In this document: in pieces, positions 1 through 9,000 of the stretch
Layout: the number at the start of each line of letters is the position of its first letter
Numbering within the stretch: position 1 is the stretch's first letter
Assembly: GCA_963717525.1 (NCBI GenBank)
Contig: OY970343.1
Span: 1,312,001 to 1,376,000 of the forward strand
Direction of reading: 5' to 3'
Length of the DNA stretch: 64,000 nt
Source: an uncultured Methanoregulaceae archaeon
Lineage (GTDB): Archaea > Halobacteriota > Methanomicrobia > Methanomicrobiales > Methanospirillaceae
Notes under the pieces: generated by a model
Databases searched by the model: none
What the model was told of the DNA's origin: nothing
Seen by the model: only the letters and a program-made list of their open reading frames with translations
Made by a program: the position numbers and the translations under genes

Positions 1-330
1 TGAACGCGAATGATCCCCTGCGATATCGCACCGACGATCCATCCGTTCGATCCGGTTTCCCGGTTTCGTTTCCGGCCAATCTGGAACCCCTCTGTTTTCT
101 AGGCTTCCTTTAGGATTCCCGTTTATTTTCCCGTTTATTTCGTTTTATACGAGTAAAAGGAAAGGAAAAAGTTGCAACATTTTCTAAGTGAAAAACCGGA
201 AAATCCGGATCCGGGATCCGGACCGGACCCGGATCGCCGGACCGCCGGATCACAAAAAATATTGCCGCACACAACGAAAATAAAATCAGCAGAAAAATTA
301 AAAGGACTATCAGGAGGGGAATGAGAAATT

Positions 331-840
331 ATGGATCCTAAAGAACAATTTTTACCGTTCTTTCTCTGGGATGGCGATGAAAATCCCACAACGTTAATAG
401 AGAATATTCTCCCGCTAGCATCGAAATTCTCAAACGCTCCTGAAAAGAAATTAAAAGAAATGATTTCAACAGAGGTGTTGACCGTCGTCAAGAGGAAATA
501 TGCAAATTTTGAATTCGAGACAACATTCGATGAGAATGGAATTTTTCATTTGAAACGCGATAATTACGATTGTTTGCCCACGTTGTCGACAGGAGACCGG
601 ATTGTTCTTTGGCTGTCTCTTCTGGCTGGATTAAGAAAATCTACAAAATGTCAGCTGCCGCTCATCCTGGACAGTCCATTTTCCCATCTCGATATTTTGC
701 ACAGAACTTCTCTCATAGACTTCCTCAAGGATACCCTACAGGGTGAGCAGGTAATCTGCATCGGCTCTGAATTGGAATTCGAGTCAGTGATGGATATCTT
801 AACGCCTATCACAAACAGCCATTATCGTCTGGGAAATTAA
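331..840 (+). CDS. DndD/Rad50-like ABC-ATPase C-terminal half (no Walker A)
   Basis: LSTGDR signature, PLILDSPFSHLD Walker B/D-loop, HR...QVI motif typical of the DndD C-terminus; GGAGG upstream. Confidence 0.7.
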   Translation: MDPKEQFLPFFLWDGDENPTTLIENILPLASKFSNAPEKKLKEMISTEVLTVVKRKYANFEFETTFDENGIFHLKRDNYDCLPTLSTGDRIVLWLSLLAGLRKSTKCQLPLILDSPFSHLDILHRTSLIDFLKDTLQGEQVICIGSELEFESVMDILTPITNSHYRLGN

Positions 841-898
841 TGAGTTGCCTCTCTCTAAAAGGCCTCACTAATCATAGTGCGTTTTTCAGAAATATATG

Positions 899-2434
899 TT
901 ATCTCATATTGATTCGGATAGTGTTTTCCTGCATCTCAAGCAAGGGATTATCGAATTTCAATACTTCTTCTGCCCATTCGTTAATATCGTCAAATGTCGA
1001 AGTTAGGCTGATTGCCCCCAGGTTACATTGTATGAGGATTTTCGTAAAATTTTCTGTAGATATCTCTGTTAATCCTTCAATATTTTTTAAAACGGGATAA
1101 TACCTTGAATCAAGACGATTCAAAGTATCCAGCGGGAATTGTAGATCATATCCTTGATTTTGGTTAACCGCAGGTTTTTCTGTCAGCTGAGAACTGGTTA
1201 ATTCGGTTTCATCAGAAGAAACACCATCTTTCGAACCGAGTATTGTATCCATTTTGTCTTTGTTTTTATTGTGTTTTATCCGTTTTTCTTCGATCTCTAC
1301 CAAATTTAACGAAATATAAGTTGGATCAGGATGTAATGTCTCTTCGCTCTCTTGAGTGATGGAGAAATCAATATCCTTTATTGAGGATGCTGTATTGTCA
1401 GGCCCAACACTCGGGAATTTAACGAGAGATTCACCCGTGAGAGAACGATCATTATCCGGTTCTTGATCCGTTGTTGTATCAACAAAGGGAATAGATATTT
1501 GATTTGGTAAATTATCTTTATCGAAATCGTCGTTATTCTGAACGGACTCTTGATCTTTGAGAGGTTTTACGTCTTCAAAAAAATCGTCCAATTTTTTTAG
1601 AGACTTTGCGGCATCACTGTAATCAATAAGATCAGAATCTTGTATCTGCTCATTAGGAATTGATTCATCTTGTAACGGAATGCTCTCTCCACGGTTTGAA
1701 GGACCTGATTTTATTATTAGGACTGGATGCGGCCGAACCAATGTTCTCGCTACTTCTTCCGGTGTTGTTTTCATTGCTGAAACAGAACGATTTGTAGGAG
1801 TTTCATAAGGTATTTTTGAGGATACATTCTGTTCTTTTTTGATGAGCACGTTTGGTACGACGTTCACCCTTGTGAAAGGTGGGTTCGATGGCTTTTCTGT
1901 AGGCTCTGATTGTGTGGACTTCCGGTTGTCGATAGTTTTTTGTTGGTTTTGAGTGTCGATCAATACGGGTGAAATTTCATTTTTTATTTTTGCACCGCAA
2001 TGAGGACAATATTTTGCAGTGTCGTCAGTAATCAGCATGTAACATTTTGAACACCGAATTGGGTTTTCACTTCTAATTGTTTTTTTATAAGCGGAATGCA
2101 TACGGGCACTAATAATAAGAAAATAAATGAATGAGATCAGGGTGAGTATGCCAAAAAAACTGAATATGCATTTTATCAAGCATAACTGATAATTTATATT
2201 TCTTGGATCTTTTCTTTCATAATTGAGGAAAATGCCGTCCAAAATCAGATTTATCAACAAAATGAGTCCTAATAACATCGCAATAGGACTATGATAATTT
2301 GGAGAATCAATCTCAAAAAATAAAGAGAGAAACGCCAATCCAAATAAACCGGATATAACGATATCCAATCCGATAACGCAGTGGAAAATTATCGAATACC
2401 TGAAAGATAGATACTGGGTTTTGGCCCCATCCAT
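899..2434 (-). CDS. Membrane protein with zinc ribbon, acidic disordered linker and TerB-C-like C-terminal domain
   Basis: Three N-terminal hydrophobic helices, CSKC...CPHCG, C-terminal DDINEWAEE...PLLE. Confidence 0.6.
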   Translation of the reverse strand: MDGAKTQYLSFRYSIIFHCVIGLDIVISGLFGLAFLSLFFEIDSPNYHSPIAMLLGLILLINLILDGIFLNYERKDPRNINYQLCLIKCIFSFFGILTLISFIYFLIISARMHSAYKKTIRSENPIRCSKCYMLITDDTAKYCPHCGAKIKNEISPVLIDTQNQQKTIDNRKSTQSEPTEKPSNPPFTRVNVVPNVLIKKEQNVSSKIPYETPTNRSVSAMKTTPEEVARTLVRPHPVLIIKSGPSNRGESIPLQDESIPNEQIQDSDLIDYSDAAKSLKKLDDFFEDVKPLKDQESVQNNDDFDKDNLPNQISIPFVDTTTDQEPDNDRSLTGESLVKFPSVGPDNTASSIKDIDFSITQESEETLHPDPTYISLNLVEIEEKRIKHNKNKDKMDTILGSKDGVSSDETELTSSQLTEKPAVNQNQGYDLQFPLDTLNRLDSRYYPVLKNIEGLTEISTENFTKILIQCNLGAISLTSTFDDINEWAEEVLKFDNPLLEMQENTIRINMR

Positions 2435-2623
2435 GTTGAAGAATATATTGTGGGGGGACGTTATATTTTCCCTAGGTCTGATATCGATCTAACAATGATG
2501 AAAATACGGCAAATTGTTTTTGAAAAACGCTCAAAATCCGGATTTTTGTAAGAAGGGTCAGGCCGGGATCCGGATCGAAAATTCAGATGTGAGTCTGGAA
2601 TGAGTGTGAGGAGTAATAGGCGT

Positions 2624-3225
2624 TTATATCCCGCGCCTCTTCCGGGCTCGATAGAGGGTCATTACAGGGACATTGAAATGCTGTGCGATGTCTTCCCAGT
2701 TATCCCCCGCTGCTCTCATCTGTTCAACCACTGCAAAGTCTATATCCGCGCGGGGACGGCCAAGAGTCTTTCCCTCATCACGCGCGCGGTCCAGTCCCAA
2801 TTTTGTTCTCTCGACAAGGTTATCCCGCTCCCGCTGTGCAACCCAGGAGAGGACCATTAAGAGGAGCTGCCGGATGTTCTTATCTTCCGAGTGAGTAAAG
2901 GCCTCGTTTGGTGACAGACTCCATACAAGAACGCCAAGACCTTCGATCTCCTCTATGATGTTGATAGTCTCCAGAGTCGTACGGCCGAGGCGGGAGATCT
3001 CATACACATAGAGGTATTTTACCGTCTCCCTGTGCTCTTGGATAAATGATAACAGACGGGAAAAGGCGGGTCTCTCATGGGGCTTCTTGGTCCCGGAGAC
3101 ACCCTTGTCTATAAAGATACAGTCCCGCACCACACCGGCTTTGATAGCTCCCGGCACTGGTTATCCGGGTCCTGTTCCATCGTTGAAACCCGGACATATC
3201 CAACTTTCTCACATTTGAATGACAT
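2624..3225 (-). CDS. Serine recombinase (resolvase/invertase), frameshift near 3147
   Basis: ATG at 3225 reads MSFKCEKVGYVRVSTMEQDPDNQ (catalytic YxRVS), then shifts into the frame with DKGVSG, SRLGR and a C-terminal HTH. Confidence 0.85.
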
Positions 3226-3250
3226 AACAATAACCTATTAACTTAATTGC

Positions 3251-3280
3251 ATATAACAATATCGTTCTTTTTTGTTATAT
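3251..3280. promoter_or_regulatory. Candidate res/operator site upstream of the resolvase
   Basis: Inverted repeat ATATAACAA-N12-TTGTTATAT. Confidence 0.4.
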
Positions 3281-3536
3281 CTCCCCTTAGCAGTACATTA
3301 GAATTTATTACGAAATATTTTGTTTTGAGATAAATTATTCAAGAAAATTTTCATAATTGTGTGTACGTAAGGGTAGGCCAGCACCTCGGTGGGGAGCCTC
3401 CCTTGCCCACATAGTTTAGACACTAATATAAAAATATTCTGTTTTGTTCGCGGTCAATCCACTACATGAAAGGTTAGTAATGCGTGACGGTTCGTAAAGT
3501 TAGAAAATGAATCTACTCTGACCTTGTAAGATATTG

Positions 3537-4016
3537 TTACCCGGATAAATTACTTTTTATCACTTTCTTAAATTCTTCTAACTTCATTGTCTCTGGTTTA
3601 GAAAAACCCGCGTCTTGTAATTTTGATGGAATCCGGTACTTAATCAGGTTCTTATCTGAAGTTAAAAAATAGTTATCAGAATATGCAATTGCATAAGCCA
3701 GATGTGTCCGATCTGTGGGTTCACGAATCATCCGTGTATCAATCTCATCTTCTCCCATCTGAAAGCAGAGGATACGCACACCATCATTAGGAAAATGAAC
3801 CGCGATGTTCCAATCATCAAGGAAGCCGTTTAATGCAAAAATATAATCCATTCCGTTTTCTTTTTCGTGCATCTGGGTAAACGCTTCACCCAAAACCGAA
3901 ATCGATGTACAAATATTATAACCAGCGTTTAACGCATGTTCCAAAGTTGTTTTTAGCTGCGGTTTCTCAAAACACTGAAAAAAAATAGGTGTATCTAAAA
4001 AGAGGGAGTGATTCAT
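3537..4016 (-). CDS. PIN-domain protein (VapC-like toxin)
   Basis: FLDT, VLGE, DRTHLAYA and LTSDKNL acidic PIN motifs. Confidence 0.8.
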   Translation of the reverse strand: MNHSLFLDTPIFFQCFEKPQLKTTLEHALNAGYNICTSISVLGEAFTQMHEKENGMDYIFALNGFLDDWNIAVHFPNDGVRILCFQMGEDEIDTRMIREPTDRTHLAYAIAYSDNYFLTSDKNLIKYRIPSKLQDAGFSKPETMKLEEFKKVIKSNLSG

Positions 4017-4171
4017 GCGAGGATCGCTTTAAGACGTTTCATCATAGCACGGTATTCATCTTCACCAATGGCAGATGATATCTTTCCCTTGGTCACCGAG
4101 CCCCCATAGGGAAGCATCCCACGTTGGTAAGGTTTACCAATTACTTCATCCGGATTGAACTTTTTAGTCAT
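4013..4171 (-). CDS. Small protein, putative antitoxin (52 aa)
   Basis: MTKKFNPD... with GGAGG upstream; ATGA overlap with the PIN gene. Confidence 0.6.
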   Translation of the reverse strand: MTKKFNPDEVIGKPYQRGMLPYGGSVTKGKISSAIGEDEYRAMMKRLKAILA

Positions 4172-4349
4172 ATCCAGCCTCCACCCTTCGTTCTGAATAT
4201 CATGTATGCACATACATGATATTAAATCCTCACATGTTTCATGACACATTTCGTTCCATAGCGTCGATGAAAACTTGATATCATTATACTATCTCTTTCG
4301 TTTTTAAGCTTAGAAAAGTATCTATTCAGAGGATTAATGATCCTGGTTT

Positions 4350-4481
4350 CAAAGTCCCCTCAAAGCCACGGGTAACACTCAAAGTACTCCCACTTTTTAG
4401 AGATATACCTCTCGTATATATTTTGTATTTGTTCTTTTATTTTCTATTAGACTGATTTGAGAAAAAAAAGGAGGAGTACTT
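4350..4481. other. Candidate replication origin of the element
   Basis: Inverted repeat AAGTACTCC (4382-4390)/GGAGTACTT (4473-4481) around an AT-rich core, directly after the helicase gene; three TCAAAG repeats. Confidence 0.4.
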
Positions 4482-4498
4482 GGAGTCAGAAAAGAATG

Positions 4499-6232
4499 TT
4501 AAATCAGGCTTTCCGGCTCTGGTTTTACCTCGTTGAAATTTCCATTCCAAGAGTAAGGGCCCTGGTAAACGGGGATGTTGCACTTCCTGTCACCAATTCG
4601 TAAAGAGGTCTTAGTAGGGGTGAGCTTGTATGCTTGCAGGTCCCGGGTAAATTTGTTTAGTGAGGGCATCCTTTTTCTCGGATCTATATGTTCGAGATCA
4701 CAAAACTTTTGGTACTGTTCAAAGAATTTCTTACGGTCGAACATGCAGATGTCGGATGCCCTAGCATTCTCTGTCATCTTATCTTTGATGAACTGGCAGA
4801 GCGGATCCGCTGCCATGCTCCAACGTTCCATCACCCCTTCCGCATCCCTGTTTATGGTAAGCTTACCCTTTTTCCTGATGGATCCGATTGCCTCGATTAC
4901 GAGGTTCAGGAAGCTCGTGTACATCTGATTAGTGAACATCCGGGCCGTGAAGGTATCATCTACTTCGTAAGAGTATGGAAAACGGACATACTCCCATCGT
5001 TCCCAAAATGCAGGGTCATACTTCACGTCATCGGGATATTTCGGCGGATGATTACAGGTGAATACGTGCGGACAGGTTATAGTACCCTTGTAGGACTGTC
5101 GGCCCTTCCGTTCGATATTATGACGGCAGGACCCGGTAAACGTTTTGAACTTCCCCACATTTTTCAGCGGTATCTCCGAGAGGTCATCGTAGATATTGAG
5201 TATCTTACCTTCGAGGTCCCCGGCCACAAAACGATCTTCGCATATTGATTGGAGAGAGCGGGCGGATATTTGATCATTCCCGAAAAACCCGGTTAAAAAC
5301 TCAATGTACGTACTCTTGCCGGCGTTTGGTTCGCCTTGGGCGATATAGTTCTTCTTGTAAGTCGTCTGGAGCTGTGCCTGGAGGATTGCCTGTGCTGCGA
5401 TCTGAATCAAGAGCGGAACATCTTCGGGCTCTACCCACGAAAGCAGAAGGTTCCGAGCCGCATCTCCCTTGATACTGGCGTCATAGGTAACGGGAATACG
5501 ATAGGTGAATAGGTGCTGCGGTCCAGGCGGCAGGAGTTTGCCGGCTCTGGTCTTATCATCGAGTTTCAGGATACCATTTTCTAACGGGATAAGATCCTTT
5601 ACCTGATTAAATGGGTACTCGCACTGGGGATTTGTGGCAAGAAGATAAGCGAGGATATCCCGGATGTCTCGTGTGATACTACACTTTGCCCCGGTCACTT
5701 CAATGATGATGCGGATCGCCTGCTCCAAATCTCCCGCATTTTCCCGATAAATGCCGCTTTCTTTGTCGTAAACAAAGAGTGTTTTGTTAAAGCTCATCGT
5801 GTTAAATTGCTCGTGCAGGTGTATTGCTATCGCTGGATGCTCAAGTACGACCGTGCCCCTACTGCTTGTCCTGGTGAAACTGTCTAAAAGTGCGTGCTGC
5901 CGCTGTGCCTCCCGGTCCCGCTGCATGATCTCATATCGCTCGCGGACCTTCGGATCTTGTGCTGCCTGAGTAAGAGTCTCTCGGAGGGTATCCGTGTTCA
6001 TCAAGTCGAACCCTTTTGGCAGGCGCTGGAGTTTATCAAGTGCGGCGCATAGTGCCGGGTGGTCCATGCTGGCGATCTTCGCATCAGGATAATCTGGGTG
6101 CTGCCATACTGCCGGGGCTGGTGCCAGTTGCTCGGCTGCGGGTTCTGAGATGGATCGGTTCATGGTGGCGATCAGAAATTCTTGGGTCTTTGCGTCTACG
6201 AGTGCTGCCCTGGTTGGTACGGTTTCAATCAA
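4499..6232 (-). CDS. D5/P4-type SF3 helicase replication protein
   Basis: D5_N-like LENG...RIPVTYD, Walker A GEPNAGKST, Walker B NIYDD, motif C FTCN, C-terminal wH-like region. Confidence 0.88.
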   Translation of the reverse strand: MIETVPTRAALVDAKTQEFLIATMNRSISEPAAEQLAPAPAVWQHPDYPDAKIASMDHPALCAALDKLQRLPKGFDLMNTDTLRETLTQAAQDPKVRERYEIMQRDREAQRQHALLDSFTRTSSRGTVVLEHPAIAIHLHEQFNTMSFNKTLFVYDKESGIYRENAGDLEQAIRIIIEVTGAKCSITRDIRDILAYLLATNPQCEYPFNQVKDLIPLENGILKLDDKTRAGKLLPPGPQHLFTYRIPVTYDASIKGDAARNLLLSWVEPEDVPLLIQIAAQAILQAQLQTTYKKNYIAQGEPNAGKSTYIEFLTGFFGNDQISARSLQSICEDRFVAGDLEGKILNIYDDLSEIPLKNVGKFKTFTGSCRHNIERKGRQSYKGTITCPHVFTCNHPPKYPDDVKYDPAFWERWEYVRFPYSYEVDDTFTARMFTNQMYTSFLNLVIEAIGSIRKKGKLTINRDAEGVMERWSMAADPLCQFIKDKMTENARASDICMFDRKKFFEQYQKFCDLEHIDPRKRMPSLNKFTRDLQAYKLTPTKTSLRIGDRKCNIPVYQGPYSWNGNFNEVKPEPESLI

Positions 6233-6250
6233 TCCAGCGCACCCCCACCT

Positions 6251-6430
6251 TTATCCCTCATTAAAATTGTCTATCAGTCTCCATCTGCCATCTTTGAGAC
6301 ATGCGACAGCAACCAGATAATGAAGTGGGCTGGTTGCTTTCAGGTGCTCCAGAGTCTCCTGGTCGATGGTGAAGCCCGGGATGGGCCGGGGTTGCGGCAA
6401 GGTTGAAGTACCGGAACAAAGAGAGCTCAT
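6251..6430 (-). CDS. Small hypothetical protein (59 aa, MSSLCSGTST...DNFNEG), absent from the ORF track
   Basis: ATG overlaps the RHH stop (ATGA); its TAA is followed by an RBS-like GGTGGGGG before the helicase TTG. Confidence 0.55.
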   Translation of the reverse strand: MSSLCSGTSTLPQPRPIPGFTIDQETLEHLKATSPLHYLVAVACLKDGRWRLIDNFNEG

Positions 6431-6660
6431 ACGTCCACCTGCTTGTCAGTGCTGGATAGGGATGTCGGGGCCTTGGTGTTGGTAGCATTATCGGCCCCTG
6501 CATTGCCTTCTTTCATTTTCCTTTCAAGTGCCAAGCGTAATTCCTTCGATAACGAAATTTCCTGTTCTTTTGCGAAATCTCGAAGATGACGAGGTATGGT
6601 CACATTTGTATGAATTAATTCCTCGCCATCTGATCGAATTGTCAGTGTTACCATTTTCAC
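6427..6660 (-). CDS. Ribbon-helix-helix DNA-binding protein
   Basis: TNVTIP...FAKEQEISLSKELRLALE RHH pattern. Confidence 0.7.
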   Translation of the reverse strand: MKMVTLTIRSDGEELIHTNVTIPRHLRDFAKEQEISLSKELRLALERKMKEGNAGADNATNTKAPTSLSSTDKQVDV

Positions 6661-6663
6661 TTC

Positions 6664-6686
6664 CTGTGGCGTGATTCACACCACAG
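6664..6686. promoter_or_regulatory. Palindromic operator in the divergent promoter
   Basis: CTGTGGCGTGATTCACACCACAG, near-perfect 23-bp dyad. Confidence 0.55.
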
Positions 6687-6744
6687 TTATGTATATCGGT
6701 TCTGGGGTCAACATCCCTTTTAAATACAATTCAAATGTGACATT

Positions 6745-7440
6745 ATGCCTCCAACAAAAGGGCTTGCCGGAAGGAAAGCAAAATTTCTGGTAAAAAAAGG
6801 ACAATTGACTCCTCTCCGAGAATCAAAGCCTCTCAGAATAGAGCTTTATAAGATGTACCTTGAAGCACGGATTGGAAAAGGGAGAGAAGAGCTACCCACT
6901 ATTTTAAAATTCATAATTGAAAGAGGGAAAGAATCCCCAGATGGATGGGTTCCATATCCTGAAATTTTGACGCATATGAAAGAAGAGAAGTTTGACTTGT
7001 CTCGGTCTAGAATGAACCAAATCATGATAGATCTGGAAAAGCATAGGATTACAATCAGACAGAAGAGGAAAAACCTAGTTTTTTACAAAATTTCAGGAGA
7101 GGCATTGACTCCAGTTTTAACAGATTATGGAGTTAGAATAGAATATTTACGTCTAAAAAGGGCGAACAACGAACTCTCAAATAAACTAGTAATTGCAGAG
7201 TCTATCCTCAGTGAACACGATTTAATGGATAATTACGAATCTGAACTTCAAAGAATACATGATGAAAATGAGAGAAAGAAAGCGCGCCGGAGACGAATGA
7301 GCAAAGATGAAATTTTAAGGGATATTTTACAGTTAACTCCAGATGAAATGACTATTAGAAATAAATCTATTGAATCTAGTCAAGCGGTAATTCTGTTAGA
7401 TGATCTGAAAAAATTAAAACAGACTAAAAATGATAGTTAG
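6745..7440 (+). CDS. Winged-helix transcriptional regulator with coiled-coil tail
   Basis: VPYPEI...LSRSRMNQIMIDLEK...VFYKI wHTH pattern; divergent from the RHH gene. Confidence 0.6.
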   Translation: MPPTKGLAGRKAKFLVKKGQLTPLRESKPLRIELYKMYLEARIGKGREELPTILKFIIERGKESPDGWVPYPEILTHMKEEKFDLSRSRMNQIMIDLEKHRITIRQKRKNLVFYKISGEALTPVLTDYGVRIEYLRLKRANNELSNKLVIAESILSEHDLMDNYESELQRIHDENERKKARRRRMSKDEILRDILQLTPDEMTIRNKSIESSQAVILLDDLKKLKQTKNDS

Positions 7441-8681
7441 GCTTGATTTTTTGCCTGCACCTGTAAAAGTTCCATTTTAAACTTATCGAGTATGGCCTGA
7501 TATTCCGGCTGAAGTTCTGCCTGCTCTTTCGATTTTTTTACCTTATCCATTGCTTCTTCGGTTAGCTCAAGGCCACAATTTCCACAGAACGACAAGGTTG
7601 GACCATTGACTGTGAAACACCGGGGGCATTGTCGGGGTTCCAACGCTTCAGACTTCTTCTTTTTATCAGGTGCAATGACCCCATTCATACGGGCTATCTC
7701 ATTTTCGGTGTCAGTGTCGGTGAGATGGGCATACGTTGCAAATTGCTTTGTGATGATGTTGCCCCACATCATTTTCTTAATAATGCTCTCGCTGCATCCC
7801 TGTTGGATGAGATGAGTTATCCGCGAATGACGGAAGATATGTGGCGTTATATGCTTCTCTATTCCCGCTCTATGAGCTATCTTCGATAATTGTTTTGCTA
7901 CTCCCCGGTACTGGAGTGATTGATGCTTCCCGTTTGTCAAAAAAACAAACCCTTCATCGGTGATCTCACCGGGGTAATCGTTCTTCCATTGTGCAAGGTA
8001 TGACCGGGCCATGACAAGGGGGATAAAACGGGGCCTCTCCGTCTTGTCATTGACATTTATTACAACATTCCAGTCAGTAAATTTTACTTGTTTCCAGGTA
8101 AGTTTGCCGAGCTCGCCAACGCGGAATCCGCCTTCATACAGACAGGCAATTAGGGCACGGTCCCGGGATATCTGACATGCTTGAATCATTGCCTTGATCT
8201 GATCCTCGCTAAGGATCTGTTCAGCTGTCTTGGTCATAGTATCGTACCCGGGGGTATGAATTTTGGACAGTTTCTTTTCATCAATGGTCGAGTAGTGGTT
8301 CTCTACAAGCCACAGATGAAACCGTTTTAGAAAGCGGATAAAATCCCCTATAGTGTTTTTCTTGTACCGGAGTGAGCCATCAGGATTTTTTGCATTTTTA
8401 ATAGTATCTATAGCTGAATAGACATCAGATATGGTGTTTGTACGGTAAGGACCTACAAACTCCCTCAGTTGGGTGAGAACTACATGCAGTTTAAACGCCC
8501 GGCTGTTGCTGATCTGGGATATTGCTCTTGCTTCCGCGACAAATTCACGGATGAGCGCGGCGTCATCTTCCGTGATCATTCCACTCTTGATCTTTTTTTC
8601 AAGAGTGTTGTTCGAGTATTCCACGTACTTTGCATCACTAGCATGGAAACGTGATGTTTGGATGGTGCTGGTAGCTGCCAT
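7437..8681 (-). CDS. Tyrosine integrase with C-terminal zinc ribbon (SNJ2-like architecture)
   Basis: GFRVGEL, KT, HIFRHSR, YAH catalytic motifs; CPRC...CGNCG. Confidence 0.92.
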   Translation of the reverse strand: MAATSTIQTSRFHASDAKYVEYSNNTLEKKIKSGMITEDDAALIREFVAEARAISQISNSRAFKLHVVLTQLREFVGPYRTNTISDVYSAIDTIKNAKNPDGSLRYKKNTIGDFIRFLKRFHLWLVENHYSTIDEKKLSKIHTPGYDTMTKTAEQILSEDQIKAMIQACQISRDRALIACLYEGGFRVGELGKLTWKQVKFTDWNVVINVNDKTERPRFIPLVMARSYLAQWKNDYPGEITDEGFVFLTNGKHQSLQYRGVAKQLSKIAHRAGIEKHITPHIFRHSRITHLIQQGCSESIIKKMMWGNIITKQFATYAHLTDTDTENEIARMNGVIAPDKKKKSEALEPRQCPRCFTVNGPTLSFCGNCGLELTEEAMDKVKKSKEQAELQPEYQAILDKFKMELLQVQAKNQA

Positions 8682-9000
8682 AACAGTGAATCAGCATCAA
8701 AAGTATATAAAGAAACTGCTTGGAATGTAACCTTATATGTATGTGTCGGGCTGGGGCATGAAATCCTTATTTTGTATCCTGATTTTGATGTACGGGACAC
8801 TGTGCTCATATTTTCCAAGGTATTCCGGGGATGGAAACGTTGAGATTTGGTCCCCACTACAGGATTTTTTTCGGACGGGCATATTTTTATGCAAGGCGAC
8901 TACCCATGGATGGGGTGCCCGCTCTCCGGTGCATGATAAGCGATTCTTAAAATGTAAAAAAAAAGGAACTATCCATTAAAAGGATAAAATCCCCGGAACC

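Larger units (their letters stand above)
1..8760. mobile_element. Integrated plasmid/satellite-like element (left end outside the window)
   Basis: Tyrosine integrase at the right edge, SF3 helicase, divergent regulators, TA pair and resolvase; visibly more AT-rich than the DNA after ~9 kb. Right boundary is approximate. Confidence 0.85.

Noticed and set aside
331..840. Functional Dnd phosphorothioation system
   Set aside because: No dndC, dndE, dndB or cysteine desulfurase in the window, and the ATPase is incomplete.
6261..6503. 80-aa ORF from the track
   Set aside because: Overlaps the RHH gene; the 59-aa ATGA-coupled ORF 6251-6430 fits the operon better.
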